Shown here: piece by piece, positions 1-13,877 of the stretch
Layout: every line of letters begins with the position of its first letter
Numbering within the stretch: position 1 is the first letter of the stretch
Source of the DNA: Octopus sinensis
Lineage: Eukaryota
DNA length: 64,000 bases
Assembly (NCBI RefSeq): GCF_006345805.1
Contig: NC_042997.1
Coordinates: 76,446,001 to 76,510,000, forward strand
Direction: 5' to 3'
The notes under the pieces: model-generated
Told to the model about the DNA's origin: nothing
What the model saw: the letters and a program-made list of their open reading frames with translations, nothing else
Databases searched by the model: none
Position numbers and translations under genes: made by a program

Positions 1-165
1 GTATATGTATGTATATATGTATATGTATGTATATATGTATATGTATATATATATGTATATGTATATATATATGTATATGTATATATATATGTATATGTAT
101 ATATATATATGTATATGTATATATATATATGTATATGTATATATATATGTATATGTATATATATG

Positions 166-196
<31 letters not shown>

Positions 197-305
197 GTGT
201 ATATATGTATATATATATGTATATGTATATATATATGTATATATATATATATATGTATATATGTATATATATATGTATATATGTATATATATATGTATAT
301 ATATG

Positions 306-338
<33 letters not shown>

Positions 339-987
339 GTATATATATATAGTATATATGTATATATATGTATATATATATGTATATAATGTATATATAT
401 ATGTATATATATATGTATATATGTATTATATATGTATATATTTATATATGTATATATGTATATATTTATATATGTATATATGTATATATTTATATATGTA
501 TATATGTATATATTTATATATATATATATGTATATATTTATATATATATATATGTATATTTTATATATGTATATATGTATATATTTATATATATATATAT
601 GTATATATTTATATATATATGTATATATTTATATATCTATATGTATATATTTATATATATATGTATATATTTATATATATATATATGTATATATTTATAT
701 ATATATATATGTATATATTTATATATGTATATATGTATATATGTATATATGTATATATATATATATGTATATTATATATATATGTATATGTATATATTTA
801 TATATATATGTATATGTATATGTATATATTATATATATATATATGTATATATTTATTATATATATATATGTATATATTTATATGTATATATGTATATATT
901 TATATGTATATATTTATATATATATATGTATATATTTATATATATATATATATGTATATATTTATATATATATATGTATATATATAT

Positions 988-1020
<33 letters not shown>

Positions 1021-1243
1021 GTATATATATATATATATGTATATATATGTATATATATATATATATTATATATATGTATATATTTATATATATATAATAT
1101 GTATATATTTATATATATGTATATATTTATATATATATATATGTATATATTTATATATATATATATATGTATATATTTATTATATATATATGTATATATT
1201 TATATATATAATATATATGTATATATTTATATATATATGTATA

Positions 1244-1314
<71 letters not shown>
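1..1314. repeat. (TA)n/(TATG)n/(TTTA) compound microsatellite
   Basis: Almost pure TA with periodic G and TTT interruptions; the Y/I/M/C ORFs are artefacts. Confidence 0.97.
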
Positions 1315-1319
<5 letters not shown>

Positions 1320-1651
1320 CTACTACTGTAGTCGAATAATATTTTTAAGTTCACAATTTACTCACATGCAGCATCGTCAGAGCTTTGTTGCTAATTCAGT
1401 CTTACCAAATTGAAAACTGTTAGCTTCAATGATAGAAGAAAACATGAAGAATTTTATAGTTTTGGTTCCATGCAACAAAAATTTATATCAAAAAAGTTGT
1501 GAGTTAAATTATCATGAAAAAAAATATAAGGCAAAAAATGGGATTTAAATATTATTAACTTTTTTATTTTAAAAACAAACTATATTTTAATTAAGCTTAA
1601 ATGATAGAGCTCAATTCGAGGAATTTCATGGTATCACTCTCATGCAATGAA

Positions 1652-2020
1652 GTTTTAAAAGAAAAAAGTTATGAGTGTTTGTTTCTCAAATTTGAGCCTG
1701 ATAATACATTTCTATACTTTTTCATGAATATAATTCTATAAGGGGACTTTTAATATATGTCATCAGCATCATTGAGGTAAGGAAAAAATTATCAACAACA
1801 CAGCTAATTTGGAATTAATTAGGTCATCTGTATTAATTAATGCAATTATATCATGTAAACACAGTCCTGTAATATCTGAGACGAGAAAAACGTTTTAAAA
1901 GAAAAAAGTTATGAGTGTTTGTTTTTCAAATTTGAGGGTGATAATATAGTTCTATATATTTTTATGAATATAGTTCTATCAGGGGACTTTTAATATATGT
2001 CACCAGCATCATTGAGGTAA
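1652..2020. repeat. ~130 bp direct duplication (about 1652-1780 and 1893-2020)
   Basis: gttttaaaagaaaaaagttatgagtgtttgttt...ggggacttttaatatatgtca..agcatcattgaggtaa occurs twice. Confidence 0.85.
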
Positions 2021-2102
2021 TTTTCAATAAGGTAAAATCTTAAATTATTGACACATTATTAATTAGCATAATAGCATAGCCTATAAAAAGAAAAAAACAT
2101 GG

Positions 2103-2948
2103 ATTACATGGAAAAATGCAAGCAAGAGAAATAATATTTTTAAGATTATGAACCTGGAAAAGTACAGAAGTTATTACACTTGAAAAAGTTCAGAACAAGT
2201 TGTTACATCTGGAAAAGCACAGAACAAGAAAATTTTTACGTTAAATATTGTATCTAAGGATAAAATTTGAATATTAAAAATTATTTGATTTTAATTTACA
2301 AAGTAACATTATAATTAAAAAGGTACAATCATTTTGTTAAAATATTGACACACTAGAGTACTTAAAAAATGAGAGCCAGAAGTACCAATGTAGCTAAAGT
2401 TTTATGCAAACTAGAATAGTATATATGGTAGGCAAATTCATTATGTCAGAAATAAGCATTGGGTCAAGACTTGTGTCAAGAATTGGGTCAAGAATTGTGA
2501 AGACTTGGCAATAACTTAAGCAGTCACTCAGGCAACTTTTACTCTGAACTTGTTGTTATAGGTAGATTTTACTATAATATATGACTAATTTTTGTATTAT
2601 TCTATTTATTGTACTAATTATGTACTACTATTATTTTTTGTAACCTGTTAACAATTAAAAAAATGAATCTTTTTAAAATACAAAAAATATTTTGAGTTAT
2701 TTTTTCATTTTTAATAGATGTAACAAATAATAACAAATAGTAGTAATAACTTGTAATAAAATTTTTACTTTCAGTAAAAGCTAATATTTTCTAAATCTTA
2801 ATATTTTATTTGAAATTTTATCCTTAGCTGCAATATTTTAAGTAAAAGTTTTCTTGTCTGCACTTTACCAGATGTAATAACTTCTGTACTTTTCCAGGTT
2901 TATAATCTTAAGAATATTATTTCTCTTGCACACATGTTTCCATGTAAT
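2103..2948. mobile_element. Fold-back/MITE-like element with ~200 bp imperfect inverted arms
   Basis: attacatggaaa...aagattatgaacctggaaaagtacagaagttattaca (from 2103) is the reverse complement of tgtaataacttctgtacttttccaggtttataatctt...tttccatgtaat (to 2948). Confidence 0.65.
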
Positions 2949-2952
2949 ATAT

Positions 2953-3007
<55 letters not shown>

Positions 3008-3010
<3 letters not shown>

Positions 3011-3175
3011 CACAGGAGTGGCTGTGTGGTAAGTAGCTTACTTACCAACCACATGGTTCCGGGTTCAGTCCCACTGCATGGCAACTTGGGCAAGTGTTTT
3101 CTACTATAGCCTCAGGCTGACCAAAGCCTTGTGAGCGGATTTGATAGACGGAAACTGAAAGAAGCGCGTCGTATA
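3008..3175 (+). mobile_element. tRNA-derived SINE (3'-truncated copy)
   Basis: Pol III A/B-box-like head (tggctgtgtggt...gggttcagtccc) followed by cttgggcaagtgt core; near-identical to the copy at 27711. Confidence 0.85.
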
Positions 3176-3469
3176 TAATAATAATGTACCTCCTATGTGC
3201 ATGCATCCTTAATATCCATGCATAATCCCTATTCATATCTCTCTATATTCAACCACATCTCCCTATGTCTACATGTGTGAGTGTGTGTAGTTCTGATTCA
3301 TATACATAGCTTTGTTCATGTATGTCTTATATACAGTGCTTATACATGTGTCTTCTTACTAATGCATGTTGAAATTGGCAATGACTGACACCCATTGTGT
3401 TAATAATTCCTTGTCATAGTAGGTCAATGAGTGATGTGGAAATCTTGATTTTTTTTTCCTTTATTGTAG

Positions 3470-3573
3470 GATAATCTCTGCGAATGGGTTATTGATGATG
3501 CTCACTGTATACGAAGAGGGCGTGTAGAAGAAGCTGTTAAAGATCCAAAGAATTGTAGTGTACCCTGTTATGC
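3470..3573 (+). CDS. MEGF8: MEGF8-like internal exon 1 in window (PSI region)
   Basis: Polypyrimidine tract + tag acceptor, GTGAGT donor; DNLCEWVIDDAHCIRRGRVEEAVKDPKNCSVPCY resembles recalled vertebrate MEGF8 LCEW...CSRRGR...EECP; phase 2 end matches the next exon. Confidence 0.85.
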
Positions 3574-3719
3574 GTGAGTTTGTAATTAATATTCTTTCTT
3601 AGGCATTTGTTACAGTATTTTTTCTAAGTGTTTGTTTTTAACATACTATTTAGGACTTAATATATGACCATTGTTTTATTGTTGCCAGTTCAGCTTCAAC
3701 ATATGTATGTTTGCTGAAT

Positions 3720-5960
3720 AAAATCTGGGCAAGAATAGAATTTTAACTGAGTGTTGATGTTCTGCATTAGGAAGGGTTGGGTACAAGGCATTGTTGGCAA
3801 GAACCTAGGAAAGACACAGTATGAGTTAGGAGAGAAGGAGACAGGTAAGTTTGTGTGGAGGTATCATGCAAGTGACTAGTTCAGTGTAGCTGAGATAATG
3901 ATAATATTGACAAAATAGGCAAAATGAGGAGAAAGTGCATCTATGTTAGAAGTTTTAGTGTGTTAGTGAGTGAGTCTTTGTCAAGAAGGTTTGTGTATCT
4001 CGCAGCAGCACTCTCTTAGATGTATGAGCAATATTTAAATGTTGATCTTACTTGTGCTTTGTAGAGTATTAGCAGTTGATAAGAGTGGAAATATTTTCTG
4101 GCTCTTACGAGGAAATTTAGTCTTTGTGATAGAGCCTTTTTTCTGTTGTGTCTGTATGGGATCATCAGGAAAAGTTATTTGATTGTGAGGTTTTTATATT
4201 TATAACAACTGTTAGTGTTTTAATTGAATATTGTCTAGGAGTAGAGAGGATCTATGCAGGATTGTTTTCTTAATATGTGCTGTGATAGCATGTTTATACT
4301 TTTGAAAGAGACCAGATTGTTATGTTCCCAATGGAAAATATTTTAAAGTTCTATGTTCATGGAAGCAGTGCAGGCTTGTCAAGAAATGTTCATGTTTGAG
4401 AGAAATGAAGAGTGATGATATCTGTTAAGTAGTGAGTATTGTTAGAGGTGATAGTAACCAGGTTGCTAATGTGCAAAAGTGGGAGTGGAGAACATACCAA
4501 ATTTTGAGGCGTAACTAGTTCTGATAATGTATGTTTATATGAAGGTTCCATTAGTACACTCTCTCAGAGTGCGATCTAACATGAAATTTCCAATCTAAGA
4601 GATGAAAGATGGATGAATCCCATAGATGAGCAGTTTAGATAGATTATCATGTAAGGAGCAATCAAGTGCTTTACTAATGTCAAGTGCAATGATATTATTT
4701 TTACCAAATTTCTTGGAAGTAGGGGAACCACTGGTGAGTGATATAACAGAATGGGTCCCCATAGATGTTGCTCTATGGAAGCTGTTCTAATGACCACTAA
4801 GAAGGTAGAAAGAGTTATGGTATTCAAGAAAATAATTATTAACAACTATTTCATTACCTTTCAGATGCTGGAAGGGAAACAAGTAGGTTATTAGTTAGCA
4901 GAGTTAGAAATATTACTTTTCTTGAAGATAGAACATACTGTGGTATAATTTTCATAGATTTGCATAGTTTCCTGTAGAAGAGAAAGGTGTAAGACTTTGA
5001 TAAGGGCAAGGCCTTATTAATGTTAGGGCAGTGGAAGGAACACTGTTGTCTTGGTTTAAAATAACTGCTGCTATTTTCAGATTTGGTATATATGTGGTGA
5101 TGTGACAGGTGGAAGGGAAATGAAAGGTTTTAGAGGAGTCTTGTTAGTTTGTATATTGTGCAGTGAGCAGTAAAAATGGAGGCTTTCTCTTCAAGAGTAC
5201 TGTTGACAGAGCCATCATGTTTCAGGAGTGGTGGCAAGAGGTTGCTGCAAAGTTGGTAGATATGTTCTTGAAAAGTGACCAAAAGGGCTGCTTACAATCT
5301 GTGAGACTTAAAATGCACAAAAGCACCTTTTGAATTTTGTATAACTTGACATTTCATTACCAACATCTTTTTATGTCTTTCTAGCTTCTCTACTGCAAAA
5401 AACCCATTCCTGTCTCTCTTTTATACTTTAGCCTTTTAGCACCTGATATAAAGCCACCTCCTTCAATACTACACTCCCACTCAGCTGGGGTGTCTTGTCA
5501 TACAAGCTACTTGGTGACCTCACTAATGCCAGTGCTGCAAAAAGAGCACCTAGTACACTATGTAAAGTGGTTATTATTAGGAAGGGCATTCAGCCATAGT
5601 AACCAGGTTGCTAATGTGCAAAAGTGGTTACTTTGGCACAGTCATGTAGCTCATTAGATTCTATTGAACCATATCCAGCAAATAATGATGGTGATGTGTC
5701 ATATAGAATTTTATGTGGGTAAAAATCAATCAGTGTGTGGAGTAATGAGTTCTTTATCTGTACTGCTGCAGTATAGCTGTGTAATTATGAGTATTGATTG
5801 TGTGAGCAATGTTAAAGGACATGTCGAAGAATATGGTTTCTATCACTTACTTTGCTGTCTCACATGGGTCAGAAGGGAAGCAAATTTGCTACTGAGGATT
5901 GATAAGCTATGTAAAACTGGAGGAACTTCAACAAATTGGATAACTTATAGTGCCATTAGG
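3720..5960 (-). mobile_element. Highly degenerate CR1/Jockey-type LINE remnant
   Basis: Minus strand gives an IALDISKALD (LDISKAFD-like) motif near 4660-4690 and a PQGSVLSPTLF-like motif near 4475-4510; boundaries approximate; small RTE-tail piece near 5500-5700. Confidence 0.55.
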
Positions 5961-6071
5961 GTTCAGGAAGTGATGGTAAAGTATGTTGTTTTATTTATAA
6001 ATTTTACATTTTACTAACAAATATTAATTTTCATAGATCATTAAAATCTCTAGTGAGTGTCTGCCATTTTA

Positions 6072-7189
6072 TGAGGGTTGTCCTGAAATTAAGACAGAAG
6101 TGGGCATCATATTTTTATTAAGTGACATAGGTTTTTTAAATTGCACATGTTTGTAGAATAACTCTTTCCTTATAGTAAGGTACAGTATAGTTTCCTTCTC
6201 CAGCAATCCATTTGTGACATCACTGAACACAACCCTCAAATACTCTTTGAAAAATTTCAGCTATGCACTGTTGTACCCATTTCTTCACCACCACTTTCAC
6301 CTCATCTTTGTCATCAAGTCATTGTCTCTGAAGACTACCCTTCATTAGACCAAACTGGTGGAATTTAGAGAGCACCAGGTCCAGATTGTGTAGAGAAAGG
6401 GGAACTACTGATTGCTCAAATTTGATGATTGCCTGATTTATTAAGTTGTATGTAGTTATGCTTTGTCATGGTGAATATGGATTGTTTTTGGTTCTTGTTT
6501 GGTTTCTTTTTCTTAGTGGCTCCTCTAAGCTTTTTAAGTGTCTCAATGTACTGCTTTCTGTTCAGTATAAAGATATTTTCTAGAAACCATAGGTGAATGT
6601 TGTCTTTGTCATCCTTAAAACACAGTCACTGTAACTTTCTGTGTCAATTGTTGACTCTTTTGGTGAAGCGTGTGATACCATTCAATGGACTGAGCCTTAA
6701 TTTCCAGATCACAAAGATATGTCCACATTTCATCTTGTTACCAGATGAGTAAAAACATATTTTCATTGGCCTCAAATACTTCTTGCTGATCAGAGCAAAC
6801 TTTCATTCTTCTCTTTTTCAAATTGGGTATCAACTGCTGAATTACTTTGCATACATTTTTCAATATCTAAAGTCTCCCACATCTTGTACAGCAAGCTCAT
6901 GGGTTGTCACCCATTTGTATGAATCAGTTTGTCCACTCACTGGCAATTTGTGTAAGTGTGCACTCTGCTTTTGGCCAGTGGTGTCATCTCTATAAATAAT
7001 CTATTACCTTCTGTGGATGTTGGGAAATCTGCATTCCTCTTTCACAAAGAACTCAAGGAAACTGTTGAGAACCTATTATATGCCTGTAATGAAGAAAAAG
7101 AATTATTCTATCAATGTGTGCTATTTGAATGACCAGTGTCTGGTAAAAAATTCATACTCAGTTTTACATAACTTTTGAGATAACCTTCA
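6072..7189 (-). mobile_element. Degenerate mariner transposon
   Basis: TA-flanked imperfect TIRs (ta|tgagggttgtc ... gataaccttca|ta); decayed YSPDLAP-like motif on the minus strand near 6360-6400. Confidence 0.65.
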
Positions 7190-7250
7190 TACTTTATAGT
7201 CTTTCTTAGGAAACAGCTATTAATTAAATAAACTTATTTTTTGATTTCAG

Positions 7251-7519
7251 CCGAACAAGTTGCTTTGATTGTACATCAAAAAGGGATGAATGTGCCTGGT
7301 GTGAAAATACCCATCAATGCCTCACTTTTGCACAGTATGTACCACTACATATGTATGGCCAGTGTCAACATTGGGTCTACAGCAAATTACCTAACATTCA
7401 GTGTCATAATTGTTCAGTTCATCTCAATTACACTAATTGCTTGAATCACTTTGGATGTGGTTGGTGCTTCAACGAACATAATCCAACAATTGGTGTGTGT
7501 TTAGATGGAGATTTTGTTG
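7251..7519 (+). CDS. MEGF8: MEGF8-like internal exon 2 (PSI domains)
   Basis: ttttttgatttcag acceptor, GTTAGT donor; RTSCFDCTSKRDECAWCENTHQCLTFAQY...GCGWCFNEHNPTIGVCLDGDFV matches MEGF8 CAWC...CGWC..NPTLGRCLQGDF; open and in phase. Confidence 0.9.
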
Positions 7520-7788
7520 GTTAGTAGTTACTTTTTCTTCAGTTTTAAAATTTGTGTTCATTTTTAATAATTTTACTTGGAGTTTATATATTTTGTTTGT
7601 AAGACATGATGAAAAAAATTATCTATCATTAACTTATTAAATACATTGTAAAACCTCCAAACATACAACAGGAGGCTGGGCTGCAAACTGGATTCAGCAT
7701 ATTTTAATTACAATAGTATATTCTTATGGAGCTACAGTTTGTGTAACATGAAAGGAAGTAACTTGAATAGGGAAATATGCAGAGGGGA

Positions 7789-7791
<3 letters not shown>

Positions 7792-7849
<58 letters not shown>
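7792..7849. repeat. (GA)n microsatellite
   Basis: Pure AG run. Confidence 0.95.
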
Positions 7850-7851
<2 letters not shown>

Positions 7852-8064
7852 AATACATGAAAAGATACATGCAAGGGAAAGAGAGTGGAGATTTAATCAT
7901 GAAGAGAGTCGTAGAAAGAAGAATGTCAAGATGTAGCAAAGTTTGTGATATCACTGCATCTTCTGTTATCTCATTTTCTTTTTCTCTCTGTGCATATATT
8001 GAAAATGTTCTTGAATTGTATCTTTGTATACACAATTATTTTGCCACATGAATGGAAAAATACT

Positions 8065-8101
<37 letters not shown>

Positions 8102-8525
8102 ATATATATATATATGTGAATCTATATATTTATGAATGTCAATATGTGTGTGTATATGGAAGTCAGGATGTAACTACATACTCATTGTACCAAGCATATT
8201 TGTAAATATCAGAAGGTAATTGTTGTAGCTATAATAATGTAAATATAAATAACAGAAAGAGAAATAATTTATGGTATATATAATCTTTTATTTATTTAGT
8301 CTTTTACTGGTTATTGGATTGCAACCAAGATGAGGTACTGTCATCAAGGGTTTAGTTGATCAAATTGATACCAGTAATTATTTTAAAGTTTGGTACTTAT
8401 TTTATCAATGTGGATTTGTTGAACCAGCATGTTATGGTACATCAATAACATCTCTGGTTTTGAGGAGTATAAATGTAAGCACACACATAGATATGCAATC
8501 TCACACACAAGGCGAACAAAAGCTG

Positions 8526-8568
<43 letters not shown>

Positions 8569-9309
8569 TGTGCTGATGTAGCTCTTTTACTCATGTGCAA
8601 CATGGACCCTTTATGGATCCTCATATAAGGATCCTTGAACATTTCCATCAGAGACGTCTGGGGCATTCTGAATGTTGGTTGGTCCATGTGGACTCCAAAC
8701 ACAGAAAGAAGTTTTGAGATGAACCAATGTCCTGAGCATTGAGGTATTGGTATATAAGCACTGTTTATATTGGATTGGACATCTTTGGATGAATGATCAG
8801 AAGATCTCTAAGTAGATGCTATATAGTGAACTTATTTGCCTAGATCAAGACTACGGTTTAAGGATTGTGTAAACCCTCATTGAAGGCATCTGAAATATGG
8901 GCAGTTAGTTGGGAAAGCAATGCTTCTCATTGCCTCTAATGGAGAAAACAAGCAAAGGAAGGAATGAATATTTTTGAAAAAGCTTGCATTTCTCATATAG
9001 AATTTAAGTGAGCTGCTTGAAAATGCACCACCAGTGTAGTAAATGGGGGAAGCTTGGTCTGCAATATCTGTGGATGTATATGTTTATTAGCCACCAATTG
9101 AGCCGCAAGTGTAAAGTATAAATTTGTCTGAGCGCACAGTGTTCTGAATGGTTAGTTTCCTTCAGTCATAAGTGAACAACCATCGTGTATACATGTATGC
9201 CGTATGCATACACAAACACACACACACATGATTAACTTCTACACTGTTTCTACTTACACATACATGCTTACACACTCAGATTTATACACACACATACACA
9301 TATATGACA

Positions 9310-10400
9310 AAAAGGAGATGGAAATAAAGACATATAACAAAGAGGACAATTGGAAGTTCTTAAAAGACAATCTTCTGAGGGCTATAGATAAAATTTATGG
9401 CTGGTGCAAAATTCCTGCTAGATGAAGGTTGATGTTGTGGTAGAATAGGGAAGTAGACAGAGCAAAAAAAGTGAAAGGGCTGACTTGGAAGGTTTGGAAC
9501 AATAGGGGCAGCTGAAAAATTTTACCAGGCAGCTGGAGGAGAAGCTAGGAGACAAGTCTATTTAGCAAAAGGAGAGGACGAGAGCCATGAGGTGTTCCAG
9601 ATTGCAAGGCAGTGTATCAGAGAAAATCAAGAAGTTGTGAGAGAGAAGTGTGTGTGGTAAGATGATGGCATGCTAGCATGGGAGTGCTGTTATGAAAGTT
9701 ATTAAATGTGGAGAAAGCATGGGAGAAAGAGAGTCTTCCTAATGTGAACTTGAGAGAAAATTCAGCCATATGTGTTGAAAGCAATGTGATATATAAAGCT
9801 CTTAAGAATATGAAGATTAGAAAACTCCCTACTCCATCAGGAATTACCTCCGAATGCTTAAACATCTGGCAGTGTACGCTATGGCCTAGTCACTTGTATA
9901 GTTAATCAGGCCATACAGGAGGGTATCACACCCAATGATTGGTGTAGTAAAGGAGATGCCTTAGAACGATATAATTACAGAGGTATCAAATTACTGACCA
10001 AGTTATAAAAGTTACTGAAAGAGTCATAGCCCAGTTAATTAGAAAGAGTTAACCTAGGTCTGTACCTGGGAGAAGCACTGTTGATGCTCTCGTCCATTGT
10101 TGAGCAACTGCAGAAGTATTTAGCAAAAAGTAAACTATTGTACTTAGCATTCATTGACATGGAAAAAACATTTTTTGGGGTGCCTTGACCCTTGGTCTAT
10201 CAGTCACTGCAGAAGTTTAGTGAGAGCTATTGAAGCCATGTACAGGGATGCTATTAGCAAAGTGAGAGCTAACGATGAGTACAACAATGAATTTTGTGAG
10301 CAGGTTTATCAGGGTTTGGTTATTAGTTCCCTAACAGTTATCATAATCCTCCAGGACATAACAGAGGAATTTAAGAGAAGTGAATGTTTAGAAAAATAAT
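9310..10400 (+). mobile_element. Degenerate RTE-clade LINE ORF fragment
   Basis: NWKFLKDNLL, NYRGIKLL, LYLAF.DMEK and AMYRDAISKVR motifs are shared with the other RTE copies in the window. Confidence 0.8.
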
Positions 10401-11309
10401 GAAAATTGATCTCCCCCTCCTCCTCTTCATCATCATCTTTTAATGTCCAGTAATCTAGTTAATTTATGTGTAGGTCCTGAAAACTCAGTAATATTTATGG
10501 CATAGTATCAATCACACAATTTGTTTACATAATATCATTTTTATTATTACTGGCAGCAGAAACACTATCATCTGTCATGTACAGTAAAATTTAAACATTT
10601 TTCCTCTCAGTATTTTAAATGTCTAGAGTGAGAAAGCCTTTAAATTCATCTTCAGAACTAAGTTGTATAACATGTGCATAATTTTCAAAAGTAAAGAAGT
10701 GGTTGAATCATTCAGATTTTATGTGGTAAAATTGCTGGGAAAAAGTTACTATGAACAATTGTAAAATGTGTTTTACTTCTTTGTTGTAAGAAACTTATAT
10801 GGCAATTAGCACTATAAACAATTGAAATAAAATTTTATGTAGAAGGGGACAGTCACAAGAATCTTGAGATTAGCTCTCAGCAAAAGTTTTCAGTTTTTTG
10901 AGCAATGTGGTTATTGGGGCACAATACCATTTTAGCTCTCAGAGGATATCTTATGATAAGAGCTTAATGAATTAATCAAACTCCTACAATTCCTTGGAAT
11001 ACTGTTTGAATACAAAAACATGACATACAAAACTTATTGCTTCATCAATAAACTCTGTAGTTACAAACATTAATTGGGATTTTTATCACTAGAGATAAGT
11101 GCACAACTCTTGTTCTAAGTTCATTTTGGTTACTTTTGCCATGGCCACCACTAAAACTTACTGGAATGTAGGTACAGATTGGGCAGGAAATGTAATATGC
11201 CTAGACTGCAGTATTTCATTTCACTTATATTGGAGTACATAGTGTGGTGCTCAGTCAGTTAGAAGTATGGTATATTTGGGGCCTTGAATTTGTGGATTCT
11301 TCTGTTACC

Positions 11310-11650
11310 TTTTACTTGTTTCTGTTATTGGATTCTGGCCATGCTGAGGCACCGCATTGAAGTGTTTTGTTGATCAAATCAATCTCTGTACTAATTCTTT
11401 CAAAGTCTGGTCTCTTTTTCGCCAGGGACATAAATGATACTAGCTGTCAAGCAGAGGTGGGGGACTATCACAAACACAAAGACACACACATTTATGCATA
11501 CAGTGGTATTCCACGCAGTTCCCATCAACCAAATTCACTCAGAAGGCATTAGCCAGCCTAGAGCTATACTTGACACTTGCCCAGAGTGCTTTGCACTTGG
11601 ACTGACATGGAAGCCAAGTGGTTGCAAAGTTAGGTTAATTATACAACAGT
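11310..11650 (-). mobile_element. Degenerate tRNA-derived SINE
   Basis: Reverse-complement similarity to the 27711 SINE (ttttacttgtttc...gacacttgcccag...gcacttggactgac). Confidence 0.6.
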
Positions 11651-11736
11651 GTTTTTTTATTATGTAAATACCATAGAAATACTCAATCAGGGCTACACAA
11701 CAGTATCAATAGTAATGCCCCTTTCATGAATGAAAT

Positions 11737-12075
11737 ATCATCATCATCATCTGCTTTCCATACTGGTATTAGTTAGATGGTTTGACTGGAAATGATAAGC
11801 GAGAGAGCTGCACCATGTTCCAGTCTAATCTTGGCTTGGTTTCTATGGGTGGATGTCCTTCCAAATGCCAACCACTCCAAGAGTGGGTGTTGCTTATGTG
11901 TTACCAGCATGGGTGCTTTTACATGTCACCAGCATCAGCCACAACTATGATTTCACTTGACTTGACAAGTCTTCTGAAGCACAGCAAATTGCCAAAGGTT
12001 ACGATCTCTTCTCATCACCTCTGTGAGACCCAACAAGATCATGCTACCCCACCTTGTTCCATGTCTTCCTGAGTC
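11737..12075 (-). mobile_element. RTE 3' end/tail
   Basis: (ATC)n then ctttccatactggtat..., ggatgtccttccaaatgccaaccactcc; ends in ORF C-terminal residues. Confidence 0.75.
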
Positions 12076-12709
12076 TACTATGAAAACATTTGTTGCAAAT
12101 TACTTCAAATTAGAAGGTTCCACAACCTTCAAAAGATTTTTCTCACTTATTTAATAGGTTATTTGTAATCTCAAGTTTTTAATATTTTACTACAAATCTG
12201 AAGTTAAAAAGTACTCAAGATGCAAGAAATATAAACCATTATCCATATAGGCTAGACTTTATAATTAAATATTTACTCAGATATTCAGTAGATTCATCCA
12301 AAATAGCACTTGCAAAATTTACCTCTGTATTCAAATATGGATTTGATAATAACTATCATCTGATATATTAAAACTTTATAAAAACACTCAATCTTAAATG
12401 TTATGACATTTAAGATTGACATAACATTTAAACTTTGTATATACTTGTTAATGTGGATTTAGAAAAGAGTGTATAACTATTCATCCCCTCTTCCTAAACC
12501 CTAATTTACTCTTTCAGTGTACTTAAAGATTAAAAACAGTTTTGAGATATTGTATTAACTGCTGGTTTACATCACTATAATATTTATAGTTTACCAGATA
12601 AATGATTTAAAACTTACTTTAATGTTAAGACACTACCTATAGCAGGATAACAGAAACATGTATGGGTCAATATGCCTATGCATCTTCAACTTTTACAAAA
12701 GTCTCATGC

Positions 12710-13415
12710 ACAGTGCAAGAGAGACGACTGTACTGTATGGTCATGTGATGTGTGTGGGCAAGGACAGATGTGTGAAAAAGTGCTGCATTCTAATGGTAGA
12801 GGGAACCTGTGTAAAAGGTAGACCCAGGGAGACATGGGATGAGGTGTTGGGCCTCACAGAGATAGTGACAAATGACCAAGATCTTTGTGATATGCTGTGC
12901 TTGAGAAGACCTGTTAAGCCAAGTGAGATTGTAGTTGTGGCTGATGCCAGTGTTGCATAACTGGCAAGTAAAAAGAACACTTTGAATGTTGGGTAATAAG
13001 CTGTGCTTGAGAGACCTGTCAAGCTAAGTACCACTTGTGGCCAAAGCCAGTGCTGTCTGACTGGCACCCGCACCGGTGGCACATAAGAAACATTGTTTGA
13101 GTGTTGGGCCTCATGGAGGCAGTGACAGGTGACCATAACCTTTGGCAATATATCGTGCTTGTGAAGACCTGTCAAGCCAAGTGAGATCATAGTTGTGGCT
13201 GATGCCGGTGTCATATCAATGGCACCCTTGCCAGTGGCACATAAAAAGCACCCACTACACTCTTGGAGTGGTTGGCATTAGGAAGGTCATCCAGCTGTAG
13301 AAACCATGCCGAATCAGATTGAAATTTAGTGCAGCTTCCCAGCTTATCAGTTATCAGTCAAACTGTCCAGCCCATGTGAGCATGGAAAGCAGATGTTCAA
13401 TGATGATGTTGATAT
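12710..13415 (+). mobile_element. RTE LINE 3' end (ORF C-terminus + 3' UTR + GAT tail)
   Basis: YGHV...CVKKC..VEGTC.KGRPRETWDEV followed by cacccactacactcttggagtggttggcattaggaagg and a tgatgatg tail. Confidence 0.8.
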
Positions 13416-13877
13416 AAATCTAGTTCCATTTAGCTGTCAATACAATTACACTCCAAATGTATGATAAACTTAACAATATATCAGACTAATTTAATTCTTA
13501 TAAACATGCCTGAAACACTAATTAAACCAATAATAATAGTATACCCCTTAAGCATTTGTAGCTTTGAGTCCTTTATTTGCAGCAGCTACTCCACAAAAGT
13601 GGGTGGAATCTGAGAAATGGTTATTTTACCAATTTATTTTTACTATTACAAGATGGAAAAATTTCATTTCTTTAGATGCATTACTAACATTGTTTTTCTC
13701 TTTTAATTATGAAATGCAGGTTTAATAAAATCTAAATAATCTATTCCAAACATTGATCTAAAAAATAGCTAGCAATATGTAAAAATGTCATCGTCCAACT
13801 AAATTTTGTAAATGTGTTATTACATATATTGAAGGAAAAATCTCTGTTCTTTTAGCCTCATTTTCCTTATTCTAATA

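Noticed and set aside
1-1413. Long Y/I/M/C ORFs (also at 30900-31300, 32270-32790, 33740-34360 and 60680-61450)
   Set aside because: Translations of TA-based microsatellites that lack stop codons
3008-3085. tRNA-like sequence (also at 27711)
   Set aside because: It continues into a SINE body and is repeated; not a tRNA gene
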